NCBI RefSeq assembly: GCF_009914755.1
Contig: NC_060940.1
DNA from: the human T2T-CHM13v2.0 reference genome, Homo sapiens
DNA: 64,000 nucleotides
Reading direction: 5' to 3' (one strand)
The notes under the pieces are model-generated. The model was given only the letters and a program-made list of their open reading frames with translations. It was not told where the DNA came from and ran no database searches. This document shows, piece after piece, positions 42,153 through 58,000 of the stretch. The stretch's first letter is position 1, and each line of letters starts with the position of its first letter. Position numbers and translations under genes: made by a program.

Positions 42153-43469
42153 CTCATTTGCCTTTACTGCCTTTTATGTATGTGTTGTTTAATAAATTCT
42201 CTTTTTTAAACTGAATTTAAGCCGTGGAGCAGTGTTTTGTTGAACAATAAATATGATATAGGACACTCTTCCTCCCTTTCTTTTATGATCCTGTTCATGA
42301 AAAAGAGAAATTCTTTCATTGTGCTAGGAGCTTAAAATAATGAAAATGCCACTTTCTACATTAAACAGAAACTGAAGGGAATCAAGGTGAATTGCATGAG
42401 ACACAGAAAACAAGTTGGAGAAAATCTAGTATAATTTCCCTTTGTGTACCTTTATTATTTAGCGTTTGAGTAAATGATTCCCCCAAATGTCTTCCCATCT
42501 TAATTCATGTCTCTAAAGGAGACATTTATGTCTCACCTTGTCAAGAAGGGCAAACTCTAACATAAACATTTCCCAAAAATGCTTCCTGCTAAAACGTAAG
42601 CTCAGTCTGGCTAGAAATGCAGCTCACTTCATAAAGATTAATTGGTAGCTAATTTTGCATGCTGTTCTCTGAACTTGAGTGAAACCTGTCCATCAGGCAT
42701 ACAGGGAATGACGGAAAAGGTGACAACAGAAGATGAATGCTATGTCACTAACCTTCAAAGATGACCTGCCTTTTCTTTCAAATTCTTGATATCTTAAGAC
42801 TTCATTAATTCATCTCTCTTTGCCCTTGGTTCAACATAGTGCTATGCCAAAACTCATGTAAAACAATGATCTAATGTAATAAAAATGGCATTTTTCTTTC
42901 ATGTAGATGCAAGCTAACTGGCATTTTTACAATCCACATATTTCCTTTGTCAATTTTTCATTCTGTATTGGAAGTAATTGATAGGTATTTCTGAAGGGAT
43001 GAAGGTGTTTCTGTGTTCATTGTGATCCAAACTATTTTTAGACCTAGGGGCGTTTGTAAAACAATTTCTGCCAGCTGACCAAGGATCACTGTGGCAGAAA
43101 GCAGCAAACTTGCATAAGATGTCACTGCCTCATAAGTTGGCTTTGAAAACTAGGGGCTTACTCTATAGTCTTATGAATCAAAGACATTGATAGATGTAGT
43201 ATGATATTACAATCATATTTTCCTTTTGACAGTCACATTATAAAGCATGATGTATTGCAACTAATCTCAATTAGCTGATCACAATTAAAATTAATAATGT
43301 TTATTATTGCTGATAAACAATCATGACTCTACTGTTCTCAAATGTGCAAGTAATTCTTGTAATTTTAATACAAGTTTGCATAATATTACTAATTGATTTA
43401 ATCTCATTGGATTTGGTTCATGGATCCAATTTATTAAAATATTGATAATGGGATAATGACTTGACTCCC

Positions 43470-43800
43470 CATTTCATGTACACTAAAAACAACAATTCTT
43501 ACAATGGTCTGCAAGCCCATCATGATCTGCTGCATGTTAACCGCCAAAATTCTTTTATATCTTCACCCTTGATCTTACCAGTGGTCCTGGCCACCTCACT
43601 GTCCTCTGGACATGCCAACAGGCTGCTGCCTTATGACCAAGACTCTAGTTAATTTCTTGCCTTGGAAAGATAGCCCTCCATATATCCATTCATCAGCTCA
43701 TTCAACTTCCTCAAGTCTTTACTGAAACTTCACATTCTCGATGAGGCCTATTCAGTATTTCAAACTTCCTCCCAGCTGCAACATTCCAAAACCCCTAACT
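43470..43800 (+). mobile_element. L2 fragment
   Basis: CTTACAATGGTCTGCAAGCCC..CATGATCTG..CTCAAGTCTTTACTGAAA..CACATTCTC..GAGGCCT. Confidence 0.55.
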
Positions 43801-43821
43801 CTTCTGTGTATTTGTGAAAGG

Positions 43822-46310
43822 ATTTATTGAGATATAATTTACATAGTGTAGAGTGCACACATTAAAGTCTACAAGTCAGTGGCTTTTAGTATATGCACAG
43901 ATAAGTGGAGCCATCATCACAATGAATTTTAGAGCATTTTCATCACTTCAAAAAGAAACCTCACCTTCTCTAGCTGTTAACCTCCTATGCAACCATCCCC
44001 TACTCAATCCTAAGCAACCACAAATCTGTTTTCTGTCTCTATAGATTTTCCTATTCTGTTCTCATGTAAATAGAATCATACAATAGGTGGCCTTTTCTGC
44101 CTGGCTTCTTTCAGGTGGCATAATGCTATCAAGTTTCATGTACGTATTGGCACTTTATTTCTTTTTATAACTGTATAACATTCAATTTCATGGATGAAAC
44201 ATTTTGTTTATCCAATAATATTTTTATTGACATTTGAGTTGTGTTCACCCTTTGGCTATTTTCAATACTGCTGTTAAAAATACTTGTGTACAATTTGTGT
44301 TTGAACACCTCTTTCCAATAATCTGTGTGTATACCTAGGAATAAATTTCTGGGTCATATGACAATTCTATGTTTAATATATTTAGAAGCCATCAAATTAT
44401 TTTCCAAAGTGGCCAGTTGTAGCCATAGAGTATCTATGTGGTTTTGATTTGTAGTTGCATGATGAGTGATGCTATTGAGTATCTTTTTATGGGATTATTG
44501 ACCGTTCGTGTATCTTTTTGGGAAACACATCTATTCCTATCCTTTATCAGATATGTGTTTTTCAAATATCTTCTCACAATTTTTGAGCTGACTTTTGACT
44601 TGCTTGGTTGTCCTTTGAAACACCAATGTCTTTAAATTTTAAGAAATTTTAAATATCTAATTTTTATTTTGCTGCTCATGTTTTTGGTGTTACAGCTATT
44701 CCTTTGCTAGATGAAAAATCCTGAAGATTTTCCCATATGCTTTATTCTAGCTCTCGCATGTGTGTCTTTAATTCATTTGAGTTAATATTTTTGTATGCTT
44801 TGGGGTAAGTGTTCGAATTTATTATATTGCAAGTGGTGATCCACGTGAACGTTGTTGACCCAGTTCGTTCAAAGACTGTCTCTTCCTCATTGAATTGCAC
44901 ATGGGAACACTGTAAGAATCCATTGACTATAGACACATAGTTTTATATATGGACTCTCAATTCTATTCCATCAATCTATATATTTTTCCTTCATCAGTAT
45001 TGTGTTGTCTTGATTACTGATACTTTGCAGTAAGGTTTGGAGCATTGGGGTGTGAATTATCCTAATATGTTTTCTTTTTTCAAGACTATTTCGGCTATTT
45101 TGAGTCCCTGACAATTCCATGTGTATTTTAGAATCAGCTTGTCAGTTTCTAGACAGAAGTCTGTTGGAATACTTGCAGAGATTTCATCAAATCTGTAGTT
45201 CAAATTGTAAAGTAACACAATATTAAATCTTCCAATTCATGGCTGTAATATGTTTGCTAATTATTTAGATATTCTTTAAACAATAATTTTTAATTTTCAG
45301 AGTAAACTCTTGTATCTCATTTTCCAAATTAATTATTATTTCTTTTTTTGATGCTATTTTAAATCGAAGTGTTTTCATAATTTCATTTTGGGGTTTTCAT
45401 TGTAGATGTGTGCAATTGATTGTTGTACATTTATCTTGTATGCTGTAATATTGCTGAAATAATTTACTAGTTCTATCGTTCAGTGGATTCCTTAACATTT
45501 TCTATATACAAGAATGTTATTTTCAAATAAAGTTTTATTTCTTCCTGTTCAATATGGGTGACTGTTTTTTTTTAGTTGCTGATTTACCCTGCATAAATTC
45601 TTTAGTACAGTGTTGACTAGAAGAGGTCAAAGTATATATCCTATTCTTATCTCTGACCATAGCAGGAAAGCATCCTTTACCATTAAGTTGCATGCTTGCT
45701 GTTGGCTTCTCACAGGTGCCATGTATCTGGTGTAGACAGTTCTCTACTCCTGGTTCATTGTGTTTTTATTTTTATTTTTAATCATTAAAGCTTTTGGATT
45801 TTGTTAAATGTCTTTTCTGAATCTATCAAGATGATCATGCAATTCTTGTTTCTTATTCTATGGATAAGATGTATTACCTTAATGGATTTTGGGCTGTTAA
45901 ACCAAGCTTGGATTACTTGTATAAATTTCACTTTGTCATAGTGTATAATTCTTTTATATTTTGCTAGATCTGATTTGTTAGTATTTTTAAGTAATTTGCA
46001 TTTATACTTATAGTAGTTTTATTTTTCTATGCTATTTGGACTATTTTTTGTGTCAAGGTAACACTGGCCACACGGAATAAATTGGGAAGTGAATATTTCT
46101 CTCTTTTTAAAAAGCTAGTCAAGAATTAATATCAATTATTCAACACTGACAAATATTATTATTATAAATTATTGATTTCTCTAACTTTTATTTTCTTCCT
46201 TCTGCTTGCTTTAGGTTTAGTTTGCTATTCTTTCCAGTGCCTTAATGTTGAAGGTCATCTTATCTCATCCTTTCATTTGTGTTTTCATTTTCTTAATAGT
46301 GTCTTTTTAG
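43822..46310 (-). mobile_element. L1MB7/8-like 3' portion (3'UTR + decayed ORF2)
   Basis: TTTATTGAGATATAATTTACATA..CATTTTCATCAC..GCAACCACAAATCTG..TTTAGAATCAGCTTGTCAGTTTCTA..; many stops and indels. Confidence 0.85.
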
Positions 46311-46314
46311 CATC

Positions 46315-46665
46315 AGGTGAGCTCCCAAGGTTGGTAGTACTCCATGTTTATTGCTGTACAACAGTGACAGGTAATATGACCTGAAGACAATGGAAACTTA
46401 ACATTCAAAATCTCGTAGATTCCACCTTATATGATATGTCTCTTCAATTGGTCCTAATTTCTACCCTTTCTCTATTATAAACCATGAGTTCAATGGCATT
46501 CGTTGAGTTCTGTGAGTCTTTCTAGTAAATTCTTGAAACTGAGGGTGTTCAGGGGAAACCCCTGAACTGGCAGTTGGTGTCAGAAGTGAGAATCGTCTTA
46601 TATGGCCTCTTCCTTTGAACTTTGCAGCTGGACGCAAACTCTGCACAATTTGGGCCAGAAGTCTC
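46315..46665 (+). mobile_element. MER21-like ERVL LTR fragment (copy of 1-230 plus upstream part)
   Basis: GGTGAGCTCCCAAGGTTGG..GAAGACAATGGAAACTT..GCAGTTGGTGTCAGAAGTGAG. Confidence 0.55.
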
Positions 46666-49051
46666 GTGTTGACTTTGCAGCCTAAAGCATCTTGTAGTTT
46701 GTCTAACCCTCAATAAATTTGCTTTCATCAAATATTGTATTTGTTACCCCAAAATTACCATCACGTTTTTTTTCTCCAAATAACTAACATTGGGAGAAAT
46801 AGCCAGCTGAGTCTGTAACTCAACAGAAACTAGTGATCCATATACCATATACCATATAAGTGGCCATTTCATTTTGCCTTCTGCCACCAAATCTTAGCAA
46901 CCTCAACCATTGTCATGAGCCACTGTAGGCCTATCAGATACAAACAAACAAGTATCTTTTAAAGACTCTTCATACTCCCATTTGATAAATTTCCCAGCAA
47001 AGTGATGCTTACTTTAACTCTATGCAACTGGCTCATATTCACGAAGTCTGTAGATATTATTCATGTAGTGTGAGAAAATCATCCCAGCGATGCCAGCACA
47101 TTCTCCTTCTCATGATCTCCTTAGTTTGCAAACATATTCAGGCCATGGGTGAGAGATTTGTATTTCACAGTACAACAATTTTGTGGAGGGCATTGAAACC
47201 TACCTTGAGCATTTTAGTACAGTCACACATCACTGAATGATAGGGATACGTTCTAACAGATGTATCCATAGGCAATTTCATCATTTTGCAAACATCACTG
47301 AGAATATTACAAACACCTAGATTGTACAGCCTATCACGTCTAGGTTATATGATATAGCCTCTCTCTCCCAGGCTACAAACCTGTGTACTACTTTACTCTA
47401 CTGAATACTGCAGGCAATAAGAACACAGTGGTAAGAGGTTATGTATGTAAACATAATTAAACTTAGAAAAGTATGTAAAAATATGTATTATAATCTCATG
47501 GGACCACTTTTGTATATGTAATCCATCTTTGACTGAAATGTTATTATGCATGACATGACTCTATGACAAAAATAAAATAACACATTGTAAAAAATGTACA
47601 CAGTTATCAAACATATTAATATTGTAAAAATAAAAATATTTATTCAGTGTAAGAATTTGTAAGGATCACAAAATTTTCACAGCTTATATTTTAGTACAGT
47701 TTCAAATACCTAGTGCAATTACTATTTATTTCTGTGTGTATTTTAAGCATGTATATAATAAATATTTTTCAGGTTCAACAATATATATCAATCCAACTGG
47801 CTCTTATAAATATTAGTTAAAATCAAATAGTAAATTCATATGTATATATACACACTTGTATCAGTCTGTATGCATGTATGTGTCTGTAAATGTAACTGTA
47901 TGTGTGTGTAAATGTAACTGGATGCATCCTAATATTTACCCTTACCAACAAGATTTCCAAGATTCATTGATTATCTTTAAATGTTGTGCATTTAAAGATT
48001 TACCAAATAAAACTGTAATGGTGGAAAATATCAAGATGTTACTAAATTCATCTTGTGCACATAATTGTTTCTTTAAACTTATGTTTCTTGCAAAACTTGC
48101 GGTAATGCTCATGCACAAAACAGTTTCCTAAATAAAAATTAAAAATATTTTCTCAGTCATTAATTCTTAATAATTATTTCTCCCCAATAATTAACGTGAA
48201 TTAATTCTTAATTCTTAATTATAGAATAATGTTGCCCTTCAGAGTTCTGAATCTTTTGCATGTTGTATACATTTCACTAACTAGAAAAACTTCTGGAATG
48301 TTGGCATTAATTAATGTCACTCAACAATTAATAAATTCAAAGCAATTAAATACCATTCATATTCTGAATCACAAGGGTTCTTTGTCATCTAATTTATTCA
48401 AGCTCTTTGTATCATCATCAACACTTTAATTACTTAAGAAACATTTCTCTGTGTGAGAAAGTTTGAGCAGGTTATTGTGCTTTTTAAATATGCAACTTTT
48501 GCTTAATCTAGAGATAGGCAATGCTCCCTATAAGGGAAAAAGAGAAAAATGAAAGAGCAATAGAGATGTGACAGGCATGGAAAAAGAGAATACATTTATA
48601 AAACAAATAGGGCCACAAATGATGATAATGTGGATCAAATCTTGATATACTGACTCAGGTTATAACAGCACTGTACAATAGAGCAAATCACTTATTAATT
48701 TTTTTACAAATGGAATTTAATTTAATTAAGATGAATACAGTGTTTTAAACAAGGCAGGTCATCTTAAAATAAAATAGTGGAATAAAGTGATACAACCAAT
48801 GTTAAAGTCATAAACATTTTATAAATAATTTTTGTCATGTAATTTAAAATTTTTCTTTATTTAAAATCACCCAATCAAAATAATTTAATCTTAATTAACA
48901 ATTAATCATCAGAAGTTAACTAATTTTTATTTTATAATACTAGGTTTAAAAATTCTTAACTATATTTTTAATCATGTATGCTTATATATAAAATAGACAT
49001 AGGGTATATGTTTACATGTTAACAATATTATATTGTAATTGTTCTTATGGA
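46434..49051 (+). repeat. Segmental duplication copy B (direct repeat of 1-2620), truncated by satellite
   Basis: Colinear with 1-2620 up to ..GTAATTGTTC(C/T)TATGGA. Confidence 0.97.
47220..47561 (+). mobile_element. Tigger3a MITE (duplicated with the segment)
   Basis: Same element and TA flanks as 787-1128. Confidence 0.85.
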
Positions 49052-52000
49052 ATGGAATGGAATCATTGAATGGAATTGAATGGAATCAACAATGAAGGGA
49101 ATCAAATGGAATCATCATCAAATGGAATCAAGTGGAATCTTCGAATGGAATCTATCGGAATCATCGGATGGCATTGACTGGAATCATCATCGAATGGAAT
49201 AATTGAATGGAATCGAATGGAATCATCATCAAATGAAATCGAATGGAATCATGGAATGGCATCGAATGGAGTCATCATCCAATGGCATCAAATGGAGTGA
49301 TCTAAAGGACACGAATGGAATCATCATCAAATGGAATCAAAAGGAATCATCAACAAATGGAATTGAATAGAATCAACATATAATGGAATTGAGTGGAATC
49401 CTCGAATGGAATAGAACGGAATCTTCATCGAATGGAATCAAATAGAATCATCAGATAAAATTGAACGGAATAATCATCTAATGGAATAGAATGGAATCAT
49501 CATCGAATGGAATAGAATGGAATCATCATCGAATGGAATAGAATGGAATCATCATCGAATGGAATTAAACAGGATCATCGAATGAAATTGAATGGAGTCA
49601 CCATCGAATGGAAACGAATGGAATCATCATCAAATGGAATCAAAACTAATCATCATTGAATGGAATCGAATGGAATTTTCAACAAGTGGAAACGCATGGA
49701 ATCCTCGAATGGAATCTAATGGAATTATCAGCAAATGGAACCAAATGGAATCATCATGGATTGGAATCGAATGAAATCATCATCAAATGGAATCCAAAGG
49801 GATCACTGAATTGAATGGGATGATCATCAAATGGAATCTAAGGGCATCATCGAATGGGATGCAATGGAATCATTGAATGGAATCGAATGGAATCATCTAA
49901 AGGATTCAATTGGAATCATCATCAAATGGAATCGAATGGAATCATAGAATGGACTCGAATGGAATCATCACCAAATGGAACAGAATGGAAACATCGAATG
50001 GACACGAATGAAATCATCATTGAATGGAATCGAATGGTATCACTGAATGGACGCGAATGGAAACATCATGCTATGGAATCAGATGGAACCATCAATTGGC
50101 ATCGCATTGAATCATCAGTGAATGGAATCTAAGGGAATAATCAGATGGAACCGAATGGAATCATTGACTGGACTCGAGTGGAATCACCATCGAATGGAAT
50201 CAAGTGGAATCGTCAAATGGACAAGAATGGAATCATCTTCGAATGGAATCGAATGGAATCATCGAATAGACATGAATGGAATCATCATCAAATGGAATTG
50301 AAAGGAATAATTGTATGGACTCGAATGGAATCATCGAATGCACTCAAATAGAATCATCATCGAGACAAATCGAATAGAATCATCAAAAGGACTTGAATGG
50401 AATCATTATCGAATGGAATCAATGAAATCATCATCAGATGGAATAGAATAGAATCATCACTGAATGGAATCGAATGGAATCATTGAAGGGAATGAGATGG
50501 AATCATCGTCGAATGGAAACAAATAGAAGCATCGAATGAAATCGAATGGAATCATCTTCAAATGGAATCAAATAGAAGCATCGAATGAAATCAAATGGAA
50601 TCATCATTGAATGGATTCGAATGAAACGATCATCAAATGAAGTCGAATGGAATCATCGTCTAATAGAATCAAAAGGAATCATCATCGAATGGATTCGAAT
50701 GGAAACATCATTGAATTGAATCAAATGGAATCATCATGGAAGTGAATCGAGTGGCTCATCATCAAATAGAATCGAATGGAATCTTCGAATGGAATCGAAT
50801 GAAATCAACATCTAATGGAATCGAGTGGAACGATCAATGAAATCGAATGGAAACATCATCGAAAGGAGTCGAATGGAAACATCATCAAATGTAATCTAAT
50901 GTAATCATCAACAAAGGGAATCGAAAGGAATCATCATTGAATGGAATCAAAAGGAATCATCAACAGGAATCAAATCAAATCATAAAATGGACTCAAACGG
51001 AATAATTATAGAATGGAATCGAATAGATTCTTTCAATGGACTCGAATGGAATAATCATCAAATGGAATCGAATGGAATCATTGAACGGAATTGAATGGAA
51101 TCATCATTGAATGAAATCAAATGGAATCATTGAATGGACTCGAAAGAAATCATCAAGTGGAATTGAATGAAATCACGGAATGGACACGAATGGAATCATC
51201 ATTGAACAGAATAGAATTGAATCATCGAATGGACTCGAATGGTATCATCATCAAATGGAATCGAAAGGAAATATCGAATGGACTTGAATGGAATCATTGA
51301 ATTGACTCGAATGGAATAATCATGGAATGGAATCAAATGGAATAATCGAATGAACATGAATGGAATCATCATCGAATGGAATCGAATGGAATCATTGAAT
51401 GAAATCGATTGGAATCATCATTGAATAGAGTTGAATGGAATCATCATTGAATGGAATCGAAAGGAATCATCATCGACTGGAGTCGAATGGAATTATCATC
51501 TAATGGAATCGAATGGAATCATCAACGAATTCAATCGAATGGAGAAATCGAATGGAATCCTTTGGAATCTTCATTGAATTGAACAAAATGCTGTCATCAT
51601 CAAATGGAATTGAATGGAATCATCATCGAATGGAATCAAAAGGAATCATCAGCGAATTGAATAGAATGGTATCATCGAATGGAATCGAATGGAATCATCA
51701 TCGAAAGAAATCGAAAGGAATCATCAAGTGGAATTGAACGGAATCATCTAATGGAAACGAATGGAATAATTATCGAATTGAATTGAATGGAATCATCGAA
51801 TAGACTCGAATGGAATAATCGAATGGACTCCAATGGAATCATGGAATGGAATCGAATGGAATAATCGATAGGACTGGAATGGAATCATCACCAAATGATA
51901 TCATATGGAATCAATGAAGGGACTCGAATGGAATCATCGAATCCACACGAATGGAATCATCATCGAATGGACATGAATGGAATCATCAAATGGAATCGAA

Positions 52001-55000
52001 AGGAATCATCATGGAATGGAATCGAATGGAATCATGATCGAATGGAGTCGAATGGAATCATCATCAAATGGAATTGAATAGAATCATCATCGAATGGAAT
52101 CAAATGAAATCATCAATGAATGGATTCGAATGGAGTCATCGAATGGAGTCTTTTGAATCATCATCGAATGGAACTGAATGCAGTCAGCATCGAATGGAAT
52201 CAAATGGTATCATCAAAAGGACTCGATGGAATCATCATCGCATAGAACCAAATGGAATCATCTAATCGACACGAATGGAGTTATCTTTTGGTGGAATCAA
52301 ATGGAATCATCAAATGCACTCGAATGGAATCATCATCGAATGTAATCTTAAGGAATCATTGAATGGACTTGAATGGAATCATTGAATGTAATCGAAGGCA
52401 ATCATCATCGAATGTAATCGAATGGAATCATCAAATGGAATTGAATGGAATCATCATTGAATGGAATCGAATGGAATCATCATCGATTGGAATCTAATGG
52501 AATCATCATTTAATTGAAACGAATAGAATCATCAAGGAATGGAATGAAATGAAGAAATCAAATGGAATCCATTGGAATCATCATTAGATGGAACTGAATG
52601 CAGTCATCATCGAATGCAATCGAGTGGTATCATCAAATGGATTAGAATGAAATCATCATCAAATGGAATTGAATGGAATCATCGAATGGACTCGAATGGA
52701 ATGACCATCAAATGAAATCGAATGGAATCATCGAATGGACACAAACGGAATCATCGTTGAATGGAATCGAATGGAATCATCGAATGGCATCCAACGGAAT
52801 CATGATCGAATGGAATGTAATGGCATCATTGAATGGACTCGAATGGAATCATCGAGTTGACTTGAATGGAATCATCATAGAATGGAATCGAATGTATACA
52901 TTGAATGGACTCGAATGGAATCATAATCAAAGGGAATTTAATTATATCATAATCACGTGGAATCAAATGGAATCATCATCGAATGGAGTCGAATGGAATC
53001 ATAATTTAATAGAATCGAATGGAATCACCGAATTGAATCAAATGGAATGATCATCGAATGGAATCGAAGGGATTCATCGAATGGGATCGAATGGAGTCAT
53101 CGAATGAAATCACGTGGAATCATCGAATGGATTTGAATGGAATCATCATCGAATGGAATCGAATGGAATCATTGAATGGAATCAAATGAAATCATCATCG
53201 GATGGAAATGAATGGAATCATCACTGAATGGACTCCAATGAAATCATCGATTGGAATCAGATAGAATCATCATCGATTGGAATCAAATGGAAGCATCAAA
53301 AGAAATCGAATGTAATCATCAATGAATGGACTCAGATGGACTAATCATCACATGGACTCGAATGGAATCATCGTCAAATGGAATCGAATGGGATCATCAT
53401 CGAATGGAATCGAATGGAAATATCATGGAATTGAATCAAGTGGAAACATCATGGAATTGAATCGAATGCCTGATAATCGAATGGAATCGAAAGGAAACAT
53501 CATCGAATGGAATCAAATGGAACCATAGAATGAAATCAAATGGAATACTCATCGAATGGAGTCGAATGGAATTATCGAATGGACTCGAATTGAATCATCA
53601 AATGGACTCAAATGGAATCACTGAATTGAATTGAATGAAATCATTGAATGGACTATATTGGAATCATCATCATATTGAATCGAATGGAATCCTCGAATAG
53701 AATCAAATGGAAACATCAAATGGAATCGAACGGAATCATCATCGAATGGAATCTCATGGAATCTTCAAATGGAATCAAAGGCAATCATCGTCGAATGGAA
53801 TGAGATGGAATCATCGAATGGAATCGAATGGAATCATCATCAAGTGGAATCGAATGGAATCATAGAATGGAATCGAATGGAATCATTGTCGAACAGAATG
53901 GAATGGAATCAATGAAGGGAATTGAATGGAATCACCAATGAATGGAATAGAATGCAATCATCATCTAAAGGAATCGAACGGAATCGTTGAATGGACTCGA
54001 ATGGATTCACCATCGACTGGAATCATGTGAAATCATCCAATGGGCATGAATTGAATCAACATCTAATGGAATCGAATGGAATCATCTAATGTACTCACAT
54101 GGAATCATCATTGAATGGAATAGAATGGAATCATCAAATGGAATCAAAAGAAACATCATCGTATGGAATTGCTGGAATCATCGAATGGTCTCGAATGTAT
54201 TCATCAGAGAATGGAATCAAACGGAATCATCAAATGGACTCAAATGGAATCAACATCGAATGGCATCGAATGGAATCATCGAATGGAGTCGAATGGGATT
54301 GTCATCAAATATAAACAAAAGCCATCATCAAGTAGATTCGAATAGAACCATTGAATGGACTCAAATGGAATCATCATCGAATGTAATTGAAAGGTATCAT
54401 TGAATGCAGTTGAAGGGAATCCTCAACAAGTGGTATCGAATGGTATCATCGAATGGAATCAAATGGAATCATCTTCATTTGGCATCGAAAGGAATCACTG
54501 AATGGACTCGAATGGAATAATCATTGAAAGGATTAAGATGGAATCATCGAATCAAATCGAATGGAATCATCATTGAATGGAATCGAAAGGAATCATCAAA
54601 CGGACTCAACAAGAATCATCATCGTATTGAAACGAATGGAATCATTGAATTGATTCGAATGGAATCATCATTGAATGGAATCAAATGGAATCATCATCGA
54701 ATGGAATTGAAAAGAATCATCACCAAATGGAGTAGAATGGGATCATCATGGAATGGAATCCAAAGGAAACAGCATCGAATGGAACCGAATGGAATCATCA
54801 TTGAATGGAAACAAAAGGAGTCATCTTCGAATGGAATTGCATGGGATCATCATCGAATGGAATCAAATGGAATCATCAAATGGAATAGAATGCAGTTAAT
54901 ATCGAATGGAATCAAATGGAATCATCATTGAATAGAATCAAATGGAATCATCAAATGGAATCGAATGGAGTCATTGAATGGGGTCAAATTAAATGATTGA

Positions 55001-58000
55001 ATGGAATTGAATAGAATCAGCATCAAATGAAATCTAGTGGAATCATCATCGAATCAAATCAAATGGAATCATTGAATGGAATCATCATCAAATGGAGTCC
55101 AATGGAATCATCATATGGACTCGAATGGAATGATCATAGAATGGAATTGAATGGAATAATCGAAAGGAATCATCATCAAATGGAATCGAATGGTATCATC
55201 AAATGTACTCTAATGGAATCATCAATGAATAGTATTGAATGGTATCATCGAATGGACTCGAATGGAAAAATCTTCAATTGGCATCGAAATGAATCACCGA
55301 ATGGACTCGAATGGAATAATCTTCGAAAGGAATCGAATGGAATCTTCGAATGGAATCGAATGGAATCATCATCAAACGGAATCGAATGGAATCATCAAAT
55401 GGACTGGAATGGAATCATCATCATATGGAATCAAATGGAATCTTCGAATGGAATCGAATGGAAACATCATCGAATGGAATCAAATGGAATCATCATCGAA
55501 TGGAATCAAAAAGAATAAACATCAAATGGAGTCAAACGGAATCATCATAGAATGGAATCCAAAGGAATAATCATCGAATGGAACCGAATGGAATCATCTT
55601 CAAATGGAAGCAAAAGGAGTCATCATGAAATGGAATCGCATGGAATCATCATTGAATGGAATCACATGGAATCATTGAATGGAATTAAATGGAATCATCA
55701 TCAAATGAAATGAATGGAAACATCGAATGGTCTCGAATGGAATCATTATCAAATGGAATCGAAAGGAATCACCGAATAGAATCGAATGGAATAATCATCA
55801 AATGGTCTCAAATGGCATAATCATCATATGAAATTGAATGGAATTATCAGATGGAATCGAATAGAATCATTGAATGGTATCGAATGGAATCATTGAACAG
55901 ACTTGAATGGAGTCATCATTGAATGGTATCGAATGGAATCATTGAATGGACTCGAATAGAATAATCATCGAATGGAATCAAATAGAATCATCATTGGATG
56001 GAAGTGAATGGACTTGTCATCGAATGGAATCGAATGGAATCATCAAATGAAGTCAGATGGAATCATCATCGAATGGAATCAAATAGAATCATCGAATGAA
56101 ATTGAATTCAATCATCATCAAATGGACTACAATGGAATCATCATCGAATGGACTCGAATGGAATAATCATCCAAAGGAATCCAATGGAATCAACATCCCA
56201 TGGAATCGAATGGAAACACCATCGAATTGAGTCGAATGGAATCATCACGGAATTGAAACGAATGGACTCATCATCGAATGGATTCGAATGGAATCATCAA
56301 ATGGAATTGATTGCAATCATCATTGAATGGAATCGAAAGGAATCATTGAATGGAATTGAATGGAATCATCATCAAATGGAAACGAATGGAATCATCATAG
56401 AATGGAATTGAATGGATTCATCGAATGGAATCAGACGGAATCATCATCGAATGGAATCAAATAGAATCATCGAATGTAATTGAATTGTATCATCATCGAA
56501 TGGACGCGAATGAAATCATCATCGAATGGACCAGAATGAAATCATCATCCAATGAAATTGAATGGAATATTCGAATAGACACGAAAGCAATCATCACTGA
56601 AAGGAAGAGAATGTAATCACTGAATGGCATCTAATGGAATCATCATCGAAAGGAATCTAATGGAATAATCGAATGGACTCGAACTGAATCATCATATGGA
56701 GTCGAATGGAATCATCATCTAATGGAATCGAATGGAATCATTGAATGGACTCGAATGAAATCATCATCAAATGGAATCAAATGGAGTCATTGATTGGACT
56801 CGAATGGAATCATGATTGAACGGAATCTAATGAAATCACTGAATGGACTCGAATGCAATCATCATCAAAAGGAATAGAATAGAATTGGAATCAAATAGAA
56901 TTGAATACAATCATCGTGGAATCAAATCGAATGCAATTTTCATCAAATGGGATCGAATGGAGTCATCATGGATTAGAATTGGATGGGATCATCAAATGAA
57001 AGAGAAAGGAATCATCATCAAAAAGAATCGAAATAAAACAAAGAATGGAATCCAACGGAATCATTGAATGGAAGCAAATGGAATCATCATTGAATGGATT
57101 CGAATGGAGTCATTATCAAATGGAATCAAATGGAATCATTTAACGGACTCGAAAGGAATCATTGGAGTCGAATGAGATCATCGAATGGAATCGAATGGAA
57201 TCATCATCGAATGGAATATAATGGAATCATCGAATGGACTCGAATGGAGTAATAATCGAATGGAATCAAATGATATCATGCAATGCACTCGAATGGAATC
57301 ATCGAATGGACTCCAATGGAATCAACATTGAGTGGAATCGAAAGGAAACATCGAATGGAATTGAGTCTAATCATCGAATGGAATAATCATCGAATGGAAC
57401 CAAAAGGAATCACTGAATGGACACGAATGGAATCATCATCGAATGGAATCAAAAGGAATCATCGAACGGAATCGAATGGAATCATCATTGAATGGAACCG
57501 AATGGAATAATCATGGAATGGAGTCGAATGGAATCATCATCGAATGGAATCGAATGGAAACATCATCAAATGGAATTGAATGGAATCATCAATGAATGGA
57601 ATCGAATGGAAACATCATCGAATGGAATTGAATGGAATCATCAACGAATGGAATCGAATGGAGTCATAGAATGGAGTCCTTTGGAATCATCATTGAATGG
57701 AACCAAATGCAGTCATCATCGAATGAAATCAAATGGAATCATCGAATGGGCTCGATGGAATCATCATCGCATGGAATTGAATGGAATCATCAAATGGACT
57801 CGAATGCAATCATCGAATGGACTCGAATGGAATCATCATCAAATGGAATTTAAAGGAATCATCGAATGGACTCGAATTGAAGTAATATCGTGTGGAATAG
57901 AATGGAATCATAGAATGGAATTGAGTGAAATCATCATTGAATGGAATTAAATGGAATCATCATTGAATGGAATCGAAGGGAATCATCATCGAATGAATTA

